Origin: Candidatus Altiarchaeota archaeon
GTDB lineage: Archaea > SpSt-1190 > DYHY01
Reading direction: 5' to 3'
NCBI GenBank assembly: GCA_030622515.1
Contig: JAUXGB010000013.1
Coordinates: 1-18,050, forward strand
DNA: 18,050 nucleotides
The notes under the pieces are model-generated. The model made no database searches. It was not told where the DNA came from and saw nothing but the letters and a program-made list of their open reading frames with translations. Below, in pieces: positions 7,314 through 15,813 of this stretch. Made by a program: the position numbers and the translations under genes. The first letter of the stretch is position 1. Each line of letters opens with the position of its first letter.

Positions 7314-8284
7314 TCCATATCCTCCAAGAATTGCCTTCCCTGCCTTTTCACCTTGTCGATGATGTCGTCATTTAGGTCAGGGTTTGCGCACTCGCTGTGA
7401 GCCTTCCATACCCAAATCTTTAGCGAGCCTATATGCGTTGCGTCATCATAAACAATCCCCACGGGAAGCATGTAGTCTGTCGGCTTCGAATCCTTCACAT
7501 ATTCCGACAGCTGTTTCAATGTCCTAAGCCTTGCCTTCCATTTCATGTATGTCATTCCAGCCTTAGCTATTACAGCCCCAACGACAGCTGCCACTATCAT
7601 AGATGTGCCGGCACTAGGTGCGGCAAGCGCGGCCCCGACAGCAACACCAGTGCCTGCAGCCACAAGAACTGATGTCATTACATCGTCCTCGGTATAGACA
7701 TCTATAACATTGTTGAAGTGGTTCTTCATCGTCTGCTTCGTGCCTTCAAAGACCTGAGACTGCATGTCTGACCAGACGCTTCGTCCAAAGCTCCACTTGT
7801 AGGGAACAGTTATCTTTTCCTTGTGTGGGCAGAAAATGTCAACCCCGCCAAGGCCCATGCATCCTGCATGTGCATAATAGAGAGGGTTAAGAACCTCTTT
7901 CGTCCGTTCATAGTCAATCACCTCAGCCCTCCAGTGGTAGCAGAAAAGGTGGCTTTCAGGCGACATCTCCCCCATGACAGCTATGTTTATGTCGAAAGCG
8001 TCGGCAAGGGGCGATTCCCACTGGCCATACTTGTCGTCAAAGCTTTTTATTTTATCAATATCAAGCAGGTTCTTGTGGGCTGTCAGGTCCGGCTTGGTAA
8101 AAACATGGGACAGCGTCTCCTGCGAAGATACAAGCCTGTGCGCAACCATCACCGCATACTTGTATGGCATGTAAGTGTCAACCTCGCCCTGAAACTTCAT
8201 GTTAGCACCTGCGATAATGACAAAGACCAGGATTATCATAAGAAGGGAGACAAACGCTGATGAAAACCACGATAGTCCTTTCAT
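7310..8284 (-). CDS. Pilin-like hypothetical protein (324 aa) with a second Gly/Ala-rich TM helix
   Basis: The N-terminus is MKG|LSWFSSAFVSLLMIILVFVIIAGA. A second hydrophobic segment, VLVAAGTGVAVGAALAAPSAGTSMIVAAVVGAVIAKAG, lies near residues 197-234. The start directly follows the upstream TAA. Confidence 0.7.
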   Translation of the reverse strand: MKGLSWFSSAFVSLLMIILVFVIIAGANMKFQGEVDTYMPYKYAVMVAHRLVSSQETLSHVFTKPDLTAHKNLLDIDKIKSFDDKYGQWESPLADAFDINIAVMGEMSPESHLFCYHWRAEVIDYERTKEVLNPLYYAHAGCMGLGGVDIFCPHKEKITVPYKWSFGRSVWSDMQSQVFEGTKQTMKNHFNNVIDVYTEDDVMTSVLVAAGTGVAVGAALAAPSAGTSMIVAAVVGAVIAKAGMTYMKWKARLRTLKQLSEYVKDSKPTDYMLPVGIVYDDATHIGSLKIWVWKAHSECANPDLNDDIIDKVKRQGRQFLEDME

Positions 8285-8830
8285 TTAGCTCACCCACGTG
8301 CAGTTTGACTCGTCGAAATCGTTCGCCCCCAGTTCGAAGTCAAGGTTGTCCTCCCCAGTCTCAAGATTAGTGTGCTTGGTAAATACAACTATGAACCCCT
8401 TTCCCTTTGGCAGCCGGATTGTTTTTTTCGGAACATTGGTTATCGGGATAAAGCTCAGCCCCGACTCCTTCCTGTCAGGGCTCCAGACAGCAACAAAGCC
8501 GCCGGGTCCCCCTGTGCAGACATGCTGGAGTTCCCCAAAGTCACTCCAACCCTCTACGCCGCATTTGGCCGTGTCAACAGTCACAAGATAGCTGTAGGTT
8601 CCGGGGAAGTTAACGCAGTAGACCCCCATGTCTGGTGAGGTTGCAACAGCTGTCATAGCTCCTGCAAGGGTGTTTGCGACCATCCTGGCATTCTGAAGCG
8701 CCCAAAGCTGCCCCTGCATCTGGAGAAGGTAGCCCACAAGAATCACCCCTGCAACCATCATCAGGGCTAAGGGAATAAGCTGGAGCATTCCGTAAACCTC
8801 TTCTTCCTCGTCTGCAAGCTGTCCTCTCAT
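8285..8830 (-). CDS. Pilin-like hypothetical protein (181 aa)
   Basis: MRG|QLADEEEEVYG is followed by the helix MLQLIPLALMMVAGVILVGYLL. The gene lies 8 nt after the stop of the 753-aa gene. Confidence 0.65.
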   Translation of the reverse strand: MRGQLADEEEEVYGMLQLIPLALMMVAGVILVGYLLQMQGQLWALQNARMVANTLAGAMTAVATSPDMGVYCVNFPGTYSYLVTVDTAKCGVEGWSDFGELQHVCTGGPGGFVAVWSPDRKESGLSFIPITNVPKKTIRLPKGKGFIVVFTKHTNLETGEDNLDFELGANDFDESNCTWVS

Positions 8831-8838
8831 CTTTCCAC

Positions 8839-11100
8839 CTAGAACGGTTTGACCGCTCCCAGCACCTCAACCCTGTCTCCCTTGTGCTCTGCCGTGATTG
8901 CTGCAGAAACTGCAGGGTTGCACGAAATCGGCACGCCGCAATCAACTGTGTAGCAGGCTGCGCACATGGCAGGAATATCACATGTTGAAATGGCGTTCTT
9001 GAGGCAAAACACCATCCCCGTGTTGCCAAGGAGTCCGCAGTTGCCAATCGCAGCGGACAAAGTGCCAATGCCTCGCGAAAATCCCTTGCTGATAAAGCCG
9101 CTTGAAAAAGTGGCGGCCTTGATTCCCCAGTGGTCATAAACCTGACCATAGTCGAGAGGCTGCACCGGCATGCCCCGCAGCTGGATAATCCTGTTCCCCA
9201 GCTTTATCCCGTCCTCGTTAAGGTTCAACGCCTCGACAATGCAGCCCTCGCTTAAGGTGAGGGCCTTGGTATCATAATCGCAGTTGAGCCTCACAGCGCA
9301 CTCTGCCAGCTCAACCTTGTTGGTTACAGTTTCAGGGCTAACATCATCCATCTGGAAGTCTGGCGCAGGGAAAGTCTCCGTAACCGTGACGGTTTTCACG
9401 CCACAGTCAGACGACCTCAGGGCTGCAAGCACTTTCCCTTGGGTTTCAAGCAAATCGTCATTTATCTCCTGAAGCTCCGCGGCGTGCTGCTCAATAACAG
9501 CGGCCTGCCCGACAACATTAAAGTACCAGTCGCAGATGTAGTCCTTGTCATAACCCGCCTCCAGCCTGCATATCTCATCCATCTCGCTGGCAGGCTCTGC
9601 AAGGCCGGCAGCGACAAATCTCCATGGGTCGTGCGACAGGCCGGCCTCCCCAAGGACGCCGGTCCAGCTGTAAAGAAAGTCTGCCTTAAGCTGCTCAATT
9701 TTCTCGCCATCTTCTGGATGGTCTCTTGCCATTTCGTCCAGCTTGTAGGAAACAACTATCTCAACATTGTCCCAAAGCCTTTCAGCATGTTCATCCCTGA
9801 CCACAATAAACTCACTGTCCCCTTCCTGAAGCACCTGCACTATGTAGGTCGGGGTTGTTGCAGTTTTCTCAGTGAAGTGGTTTGCAGCATAGCCGCCATC
9901 TTCCAGGAGGACAAACAGCTTGTGCATATCACCGACAAACTTTTGGTGAACCTGCCTTCCCTGTGCCGCCCTAATCTGCGGCTGGTCAGACTCGACTATC
10001 GACTTTATCTGGCTTTCCGCGCTTGTCCCGTCCTTAACAACAATAACCCGGTCTATCCCGACAGGGACATTTGTCGCATTGCTGGCAATAATCTTCTCAA
10101 AATCCTCCTGCATCTCGCTTGTGGCGTCCCCAAGTTCGTATATCAGGTTGGGATAAGCTGACCCAATGAGCATTGCAATGTAACCGCTGCCGGCAGAAAC
10201 CGCAAGGTAGCCATTAAGATACTTCTTCCCAATCCCAAGCTTAAACGACTGTCTCAAAATCTTAAGCCTGCTTACCTTTTCCGTCTTTGAAAGCTGGCCA
10301 ATCTTCCACGCCTCGGCAGTGTACCAGCTGGTTGTCACGTCCTGAGTCCCTTTGATTATGTTTTTTGAAGTTACCTGTGAGGTTTCCACGACAATATCGT
10401 CGCTTGCGAGAAGAACCTCGTCAAGGTATTGGGCATTGCCTGTCTTCTGCCACTTCCCTGCGGCAAAGTCGAGGTATTTTGCCAGGTCATCCCCCTGAAT
10501 GAAAACCTTGACCCCGTCCCCTTTGTCAACCCATGCCCCTGTCTTAAGGGCCTGCTTGCTCATCCTGAACTGGCCTCCCCTGATTAGCAGCTTCTTCGTC
10601 TTTGCAAACCTGAGAAGCCCTTCCTTCATTCTTACGAATTTCCCACCAACCTTTGAAAAGACAGTCTTAAGCGCCTGCATACTCCACTTTGCAACCCCCA
10701 CACCCTTTATTGCCTGCCCCGTAGCCTTGAGGGAAGTGTAAGCGCCTTTGAAACCCTTGCCTATGCTTTTCCCTGCCTTAACCATCTCAGTCCCAAGCGA
10801 AGCTGCAGCGGCAACACCTAGAGCTGTCCTAAGTGCAGCCTTGCCTGAAATTGTTTTGCAGTCATCGCACTGGAATTGAATGTATGGCGGCGGAGCCTCA
10901 AAGCTCTTGAAGTCGCCCTCGCCCCCGCGGCACACCTCCTGGATGTATCCCTTCATCTCAGTCGCTTTTGAAGGAATCGGGTAGTTGCCAAACATAACAC
11001 CCTCAAGGGCGAGCATCATCGGCTTTGCTCCGAAAGCGATAAGGCTTCCGAAAAGGATTACAACCAGCAGCCCGCCTGTTATCCCGCGTCTATATCCCAT
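8839..11100 (-). CDS. Giant pilin-like protein (753 aa)
   Basis: The N-terminus is MGYRRG|ITGGLLVVILFGSLIAFGA. A Lys/Gly-rich region follows. A C-terminal Cys cluster reads NCGLLGNTGMVFCLKNAISTCDIPAMCAACYTVDCGVPISCNP. No in-frame stops occur over 2.26 kb. Confidence 0.8.
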   Translation of the reverse strand: MGYRRGITGGLLVVILFGSLIAFGAKPMMLALEGVMFGNYPIPSKATEMKGYIQEVCRGGEGDFKSFEAPPPYIQFQCDDCKTISGKAALRTALGVAAAASLGTEMVKAGKSIGKGFKGAYTSLKATGQAIKGVGVAKWSMQALKTVFSKVGGKFVRMKEGLLRFAKTKKLLIRGGQFRMSKQALKTGAWVDKGDGVKVFIQGDDLAKYLDFAAGKWQKTGNAQYLDEVLLASDDIVVETSQVTSKNIIKGTQDVTTSWYTAEAWKIGQLSKTEKVSRLKILRQSFKLGIGKKYLNGYLAVSAGSGYIAMLIGSAYPNLIYELGDATSEMQEDFEKIIASNATNVPVGIDRVIVVKDGTSAESQIKSIVESDQPQIRAAQGRQVHQKFVGDMHKLFVLLEDGGYAANHFTEKTATTPTYIVQVLQEGDSEFIVVRDEHAERLWDNVEIVVSYKLDEMARDHPEDGEKIEQLKADFLYSWTGVLGEAGLSHDPWRFVAAGLAEPASEMDEICRLEAGYDKDYICDWYFNVVGQAAVIEQHAAELQEINDDLLETQGKVLAALRSSDCGVKTVTVTETFPAPDFQMDDVSPETVTNKVELAECAVRLNCDYDTKALTLSEGCIVEALNLNEDGIKLGNRIIQLRGMPVQPLDYGQVYDHWGIKAATFSSGFISKGFSRGIGTLSAAIGNCGLLGNTGMVFCLKNAISTCDIPAMCAACYTVDCGVPISCNPAVSAAITAEHKGDRVEVLGAVKPF

Positions 11101-11632
11101 AGGTTACCAGTACGCCCCCTTCAAATCTCATAATAACAAGCTTATGCTCACCAGGCCCAAGAGTTACGCCTGCCAATGCGCCTGCACTGCAGTGGTGGAC
11201 CTCGCCGGCATAACTGTATATTTCTTTCTTCCAAAACCAGCTGCCTTCTGTTTCGTGCCAGCTTCTGGCTATCAAGACGCCCTTGCTCCCACTATCGCAC
11301 TTGTCCTGCATGGCTTTTACACTTTTCTTAAAGGAGGGGTTGCCTTCGTCAAAACCCGGCCAAACACTAATCCCATCCTGAATCGTATTGCAGTCATATA
11401 TCAATATCATCTTGTTCCTTGGCACGGAAATAGGCACCTCTTCCAAAATCTTGCCCTCACATACATCCCTGAGCGCATTTGTTGTGTCAGCTATGCCATA
11501 AAACATTCTGGTCTCCGCGCTCGAATCAACCATTCCCCTCACAGACCAAGCCGCGAAGTAGATAGTTACTGCAGCCAAAATCATGATGAAAAGGGTAGTA
11601 TAGGCAACACCCCTCAAACTGTGCTTAGACAT
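11090..11632 (-). CDS. Pilin-like hypothetical protein (180 aa)
   Basis: The N-terminus is MSKHSLRG|VAYTTLFIMILAAVTIYFAAW. It overlaps the downstream gene by 11 nt. Confidence 0.65.
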   Translation of the reverse strand: MSKHSLRGVAYTTLFIMILAAVTIYFAAWSVRGMVDSSAETRMFYGIADTTNALRDVCEGKILEEVPISVPRNKMILIYDCNTIQDGISVWPGFDEGNPSFKKSVKAMQDKCDSGSKGVLIARSWHETEGSWFWKKEIYSYAGEVHHCSAGALAGVTLGPGEHKLVIMRFEGGVLVTYGI

Positions 11633-11640
11633 CGTGAAGA

Positions 11641-12072
11641 TTATCCGGTCAGCCCGTTCTTTATCGCCTGCTTATTCGCGTAGGTGTGGCAGGCGCTTGG
11701 GTTGTAAATTTCGTGGACCTCTGAGCGGGTAATTGAGGAGGACTCTGTAACGTAGAGGTAAACCGCGCAGTCGCAGTTAGTGAACTTTGCATAATTGTCC
11801 CACTCCTCCCGGGAAATCCAGCCAAGGGATACGGCGGACTTGGTTATGTCTTCCAGTCTCTTCTCTGTCGGGTTGTTGGTCCACTTGCTCCTGTACGAGT
11901 TAAGGCAAAAGCTTTCAATGGTGATTTGCGCAGTGCTCTCATCCGTATTTTTGATTATATCGTCAAACTCCTCAAGGTTGGCCTTCCCCATCATCTGATA
12001 CATTGCGACCCCGACTACCAAAGCCAGGAGAATTGCGACTAAAATCCAGATAGGCTGGTCTGTTCCTTTCAT
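11641..12072 (-). CDS. Pilin-like hypothetical protein (143 aa)
   Basis: The N-terminus is MKG|TDQPIWILVAILLALVVGVAMYQMM. It is preceded by a 56-nt gap containing ATATTTA (a possible internal promoter). Confidence 0.65.
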   Translation of the reverse strand: MKGTDQPIWILVAILLALVVGVAMYQMMGKANLEEFDDIIKNTDESTAQITIESFCLNSYRSKWTNNPTEKRLEDITKSAVSLGWISREEWDNYAKFTNCDCAVYLYVTESSSITRSEVHEIYNPSACHTYANKQAIKNGLTG

Positions 12073-12128
12073 TCAAATCACTCTAGACCAATAAGCAGGG
12101 AGCAGGTAAATATGGCTTTCTCAAGAAT

Positions 12129-12794
12129 TCAGGGAAATGTCCAGCCAACAGCCTCATTTGCGCACTGCTGCACGCTTATCCCGCAGTTATCAGCCTTGTT
12201 CTTAACCGTTTTGCAAACCATGGCGCAGTATGGCGCAAAGTCCCTCTTCATGGTGGTTGCCGAGCCGCTCTCAATCTTCTCCCTCATAATGCTTGCCGCA
12301 GACCCATAGTCAATTGTCCTCAGCTTTTCCCCGCAATCCTCCCCAGCTTCGCAGAGGATAAACTTCAACGCCTCAACACACCTGACAGCATTGTAGCATG
12401 GCGCACCTTCAGTCCTCCCGTCAGTCCCGCCACAGTGATATGTCCGCGGGTTTGCTATCAATTCCCCATTTTCATCCACTATGACCAGCCCTGAGGAGTA
12501 GAGGTGCCACGGTATCTCATAGTACTTGTTCCACTTGTTTACAAACTCGTTTTCACAGTTTGAGCACCCTTCACAATTCTCGTTCGGGCAGTTTGCAATA
12601 TGCTGCCCCCATGCAACGCACTGGATTTTCATGGCGAAGTAAGCGCCAGCATTCCCTTCCAGCTGCTGGGAGTATCCACTAGTTTCTTCCCTGACCACGT
12701 CAGCGTTGAGGTAGTTCATCATCAGGAGAACTACCACTATACCTACCATTAAGGAAATTACCAGCGCAATTGTCATGTCAAAGCCGCCTTTCAT
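12129..12794 (-). CDS. Pilin-like Cys-rich hypothetical protein (221 aa from the ATG at 12794; the ORF track's longer 242-aa form starts at 12857)
   Basis: The ATG at 12792-12794 forms an ATGA overlap with the stop of the upstream gene. The N-terminus is MKG|GFDMTIALVISLMVGIVVVLLMM, and it carries many Cys (CEGCSNCENE etc). Confidence 0.7.
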   Translation of the reverse strand: MKGGFDMTIALVISLMVGIVVVLLMMNYLNADVVREETSGYSQQLEGNAGAYFAMKIQCVAWGQHIANCPNENCEGCSNCENEFVNKWNKYYEIPWHLYSSGLVIVDENGELIANPRTYHCGGTDGRTEGAPCYNAVRCVEALKFILCEAGEDCGEKLRTIDYGSAASIMREKIESGSATTMKRDFAPYCAMVCKTVKNKADNCGISVQQCANEAVGWTFP

Positions 12795-13204
12795 TCCCCA
12801 AGATACCCCCTTAAAGGACTGTTCCAGCACCTCTCGGTCGGCGGGTCTCTGGAACACTCCTTGTATATTTCAAGAACTGCAACGCAGACATCATAGCAAA
12901 TTGACGGGCTTTTCTGCGCGTCTTCAGGCACGCACTGGCTGCTTAAGCTGAGCCGCTGGGAATATTCAGGAACCTGGGAAGGCATTGTAATGTCAATAAA
13001 GTCGCTCCTGTACCATGCGTCGCAGGCCCTGTAAATTGCCTGCACTTTCAGCCCTGTCGCAAAGGGTATGTTTGAGTCGTCAAGGCTGAATTCGCCAGAA
13101 GTCCCAAGCTTTCCAATAAGGACCGTATAGCTTACAAGGAGGAGGCCAATCCCCACCAGTACAATCAGTATCCAAGCAACAGGCATCGTCATCCCTTTCC
13201 TCAA
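12791..13204 (-). CDS. Pilin-like hypothetical protein (137 aa with the TTG start at 13204, or 133 aa from the ATG at 13192)
   Basis: With the TTG start the N-terminus is (M)RKG|MTMPVAWILIVLVGIGLLLV. GAGGAAAGGG lies immediately 5' of the internal ATG at 13192. Confidence 0.65.
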   Translation of the reverse strand: MRKGMTMPVAWILIVLVGIGLLLVSYTVLIGKLGTSGEFSLDDSNIPFATGLKVQAIYRACDAWYRSDFIDITMPSQVPEYSQRLSLSSQCVPEDAQKSPSICYDVCVAVLEIYKECSRDPPTERCWNSPLRGYLGE

Positions 13205-13722
13205 GTTACATCCCTCTCCACCCTGTCCTTCACATCCCCTATCCTTGAGTTGACGCAGTAAAGGTAGGCTGTATTGTAGCTCATGTCAACCTCGCCGCCG
13301 TCAATAATCGCCTTGTGGGTCTTTGTGCTGTACTGGAATGTGTCAGGAAACTTTGCAGGGCTTACCCTGCACCCTATCTCGTCTATAAGCAGCTTTACGC
13401 ACGCGGCCTTGCACTGGCGGCACGGCTTTCTAGGCCTTGGGGCAGTCTCATAGCAGACCTGACAAAAACCCCACCTGTCGTCTTCCAAAATATCTTGGCT
13501 AATAGCAGCCTCCCTCAGGCTTCCCGGTATTGTCGAGTCAAGGACAAGGTTGCTTGTCCAGTCCCTGCACGACCTTACCAAATCGTTTGTCGACAGGGCC
13601 ATCTTAACGTCAGTCGCCTCATTTGCCAGAGGCACATATCTTTGGAAAATACCTAAGTAGACGAGATATAGGAGTAGCAATGCAATTATTATCGCAATTA
13701 TCCACTTTATCCCAATCTCCAT
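13201..13722 (-). CDS. Pilin-like Cys-containing hypothetical protein (173 aa)
   Basis: The N-terminus is MEIG|IKWIIAIIIALLLLYLVYLGIF. It has an ATG start and Cys pairs CRQCKAAC. Confidence 0.65.
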   Translation of the reverse strand: MEIGIKWIIAIIIALLLLYLVYLGIFQRYVPLANEATDVKMALSTNDLVRSCRDWTSNLVLDSTIPGSLREAAISQDILEDDRWGFCQVCYETAPRPRKPCRQCKAACVKLLIDEIGCRVSPAKFPDTFQYSTKTHKAIIDGGEVDMSYNTAYLYCVNSRIGDVKDRVERDVT

Positions 13723-13731
13723 CGGGGTTAC

Positions 13732-14310
13732 CTAACTACATTTTATTGTGCCAATCCTTGTAGATGAGCTACAAAGGGTAGACGTCCTCAACGTGTTCTC
13801 AAGTATTGACTGCTTCTTGTTCTCGCTTACCGCAGTACACTGCTGGTCAACAAGATTTGACATTTCAATAAGGGCGTTGCACGCGTTTACGCACTGCTTG
13901 ACATAGGTGTCATCGAACTTGACAAACCCGTTGTTGCATTTTGTCGACCCCGGATTTTGGGCACATTCCCTCTGGACGTCAAGCGCTTTGTCCTTCAGGC
14001 TGTTTTTGTCGTCCCAGCAGCAACCTGTCTTGCTGCCAAAAGGCGCCATCTTGTCAGGTATCTTGAAAGTCTCGACTATCGCCTTAGCCTTGTACTTGTC
14101 AGGGCTGCCAAGCCACCGCTGGCAAGCAGCTATAGCGCTCCCAGCCTCAAGCTGCTCCTTCTGCGTATCCCCTATCTTCCACATGTCAAACAAGCCCGTC
14201 TGGACCTTGTTTACCGCCCCCATACCTACGAGCAGTATCATCACAAAGAGGATTACCGCAATAACCAGACCTATTACATTGGATTCTGCCATGGTTGAAT
14301 AGATAATCAA
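13732..14310 (-). CDS. Pilin-like Cys-rich hypothetical protein (192 aa with the TTG start at 14310; more likely 186 aa from the ATG at 14292)
   Basis: Codon 14308-14310 is TTG. The in-frame ATG at 14290-14292 gives MAESNVIGLVIAVILFVMILLVGMG. The C-terminal half has 10 Cys. Confidence 0.65.
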   Translation of the reverse strand: MIIYSTMAESNVIGLVIAVILFVMILLVGMGAVNKVQTGLFDMWKIGDTQKEQLEAGSAIAACQRWLGSPDKYKAKAIVETFKIPDKMAPFGSKTGCCWDDKNSLKDKALDVQRECAQNPGSTKCNNGFVKFDDTYVKQCVNACNALIEMSNLVDQQCTAVSENKKQSILENTLRTSTLCSSSTRIGTIKCS

Positions 14311-14329
14311 CTCTTAAAAATGCCTTTCC

Positions 14330-14488
14330 CTACCCAAAGAGGTTGAAACTGGAAACCGAGCGGCCAACCTGCCCCCATGCGTCCCCAACCATGAAGTTCA
14401 TAGCCCCGGTGAACCAGAGCGCCAGAGCAACGACAATGACTGCAAGGCCAATCGTCATTATAAGCTTGAAAATGTCTTCCCCTGCCAT
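14330..14488 (-). CDS. Small single-TM protein, 52 aa (MAGEDIFKLIMTIGLAVIVVALALWFTGAMNFMVGDAWGQVGRSVSSFNLFG). It is missing from the ORF track, which reports only the overlapping 62-aa 'MRYGRG' frame.
   Basis: My own translation of the minus strand gives an ATG at 14486-14488, 3 nt after the upstream stop, and a TAG at 14330-14332. It has a clean TM helix. The overlapping 62-aa frame is Arg/Gly/Trp-rich and looks spurious. Confidence 0.55.
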   Translation of the reverse strand: MAGEDIFKLIMTIGLAVIVVALALWFTGAMNFMVGDAWGQVGRSVSSFNLFG

Positions 14489-14491
14489 ACC

Positions 14492-15028
14492 TCAACTCCC
14501 CAGATAGTCAAACCTCCAGCTAAATACGCTTCTCTCCTCGCCAAGGTGATGCAGCCTCACAATTGCCTGACCGCTTCCATAGCCGCTGGCGTCAATCTTG
14601 ACCTTATTGCTTGATATGTCGTCCCAGTTAAATATAACTCCCCTGCTTGAGAGAAGCTCCGCGCTCCCCTCGCCAGACGGGAAGCCCTTTGTCCCTTCAG
14701 CAATCTTCTCCTCATTCAACCATACCTCGTAAGAGAGCTGGACCTTTGCCAAAGCAATTTCGTCGTCACCGCAGTTGCAAACGCTTATGAGGGTGCCGCC
14801 GAAAACAGTTCCCTCCTTTGCAACAGCCCGCCTGAACCCAAGAACCTCAAGCCTCAGGTCCTCCCCTTCAATGCCGCTGCACGCGCAGGCAAAGCTGTGA
14901 AGGGCGCGTTCCGAGTCCTTGGAAGAATCGATAACCCCCGGCAGGATAACAAAGAGGAAGACAAATATGACTAGAAAGACGGCAACAATCTCAATCACTA
15001 TCGTCATGTTAAACCCGGTCGTTCCCAT
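14492..15028 (-). CDS. Pilin-like hypothetical protein (178 aa)
   Basis: The N-terminus is MGTTG|FNMTIVIEIVAVFLVIFVFLFVIL. The ATG overlaps the upstream TGA (TGATG). Confidence 0.7.
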   Translation of the reverse strand: MGTTGFNMTIVIEIVAVFLVIFVFLFVILPGVIDSSKDSERALHSFACACSGIEGEDLRLEVLGFRRAVAKEGTVFGGTLISVCNCGDDEIALAKVQLSYEVWLNEEKIAEGTKGFPSGEGSAELLSSRGVIFNWDDISSNKVKIDASGYGSGQAIVRLHHLGEERSVFSWRFDYLGS

Positions 15029-15510
15029 CAGGATATCTCCTCAATTGTTACGCAACCGTCAGGGTAGGTCCCGCCCCCAACTGCCTCAATGCCAATCATG
15101 TAGCTTCTCCCGCTCCAGATATAATGGGTTTCGGTTGGCCCAAGCATGTAAAAGTTCAGCCCTTCCTCGTCTCCCGCAGGGCAGGTGGCGACAGCAGTAA
15201 CAATCGGGCCGCCGCCAGCCCTTATCTCCCGCCTCTCATCCTCCTCAAAGCAGTCGCAGTTGACAAGGTTCTTCAAAAAAGAGTCGAGCGAAACCCCATC
15301 GCCCTGCTTGTTAAACCTCACATAAGCAACCCCGTCCTTCAGGTAAGCGCAAAGCTTCTCCATATTGTAATCCCCTGTCGAGGTTTTTCCCCCGCTTGCA
15401 AGGGCGCTGAGAAGGGTCAGGGTGCTTCCCCCGAGAAGGGCGAAAACCAGGGCAGCAACAACTATCGCAATCCCGATGTTTATCGCATTCTTGGTTCCCT
15501 GTTCTACCAA
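15028..15510 (-). CDS. Pilin-like hypothetical protein (160 aa, TTG start)
   Basis: A TTG at 15508-15510 is immediately preceded by an in-frame TAG. The N-terminus is (M)VEQGTKNA|INIGIAIVVAALVFALLGG. Confidence 0.55.
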   Translation of the reverse strand: MVEQGTKNAINIGIAIVVAALVFALLGGSTLTLLSALASGGKTSTGDYNMEKLCAYLKDGVAYVRFNKQGDGVSLDSFLKNLVNCDCFEEDERREIRAGGGPIVTAVATCPAGDEEGLNFYMLGPTETHYIWSGRSYMIGIEAVGGGTYPDGCVTIEEIS

Positions 15511-15614
15511 CTAAGCCACGTTCCAATCTTCGAGGCACTGCCCTGTATCATCATAAAGATGACAGCGGCAGCAAGAAGTACCAGGATTATTCCCACAATG
15601 GCTTCAATGCTCAT
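15504..15614 (-). CDS. Possible tiny single-TM ORF, 36 aa (MSIEAIVGIILVLLAAAVIFMMIQGSASKIGTWLSW), not in the ORF track
   Basis: GAGGGG lies 3 nt upstream of the ATG at 15612-15614. Its TAG stop overlaps the TTG start of the next gene by 7 nt. It fills an otherwise empty 110-nt gap. Confidence 0.35.
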   Translation of the reverse strand: MSIEAIVGIILVLLAAAVIFMMIQGSASKIGTWLSW

Positions 15615-15621
15615 GTCCCCT

Positions 15622-15810
15622 CTAGACTGCCGGGCTGACTGTTCCCCCAAGTGCATCACCTACAATCTGGTCCCTTATTCCTGTAAGGGCAGAACTGACC
15701 CCCGAAGGGTCCATTATGCCTCCAAACACATCTGACGTAAAGAAAATGTAAATAACAAATAAAAATACTATCGCACCGACAACAAACACTAGACCATACT
15801 TCCCCCTCAT
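15622..15810 (-). CDS. Small single-TM protein (62 aa), MRG|KYGLVFVVGAIVFLFVIYIFF
   Basis: It has an ATG start with GGGGGA upstream. The N-terminus is pilin-like and the C-terminal half is Gly-rich. Confidence 0.55.
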   Translation of the reverse strand: MRGKYGLVFVVGAIVFLFVIYIFFTSDVFGGIMDPSGVSSALTGIRDQIVGDALGGTVSPAV

Positions 15811-15813
15811 CTT

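Noticed and set aside
8610-9149. 179-aa minus-strand ORF overlapping the 3' end of the 753-aa gene
   Set aside because: It is an alternative frame of the same strand region and is Arg/Cys/Gly-rich. The 753-aa frame carries the coherent protein.
9439-10161. 240-aa plus-strand ORF. Similar plus-strand ORFs lie at 10985..11683, 10499..10741 and 9284..9472.
   Set aside because: These are antisense shadow ORFs inside the 753-aa and 180-aa minus-strand genes. They have low-complexity Leu/Pro/Arg composition.
14307-14495. 62-aa minus ORF MRYGRGRHFQ...
   Set aside because: It has no hydrophobic segment and an odd composition. The overlapping frame encodes a clean 52-aa TM protein with operon-consistent spacing.
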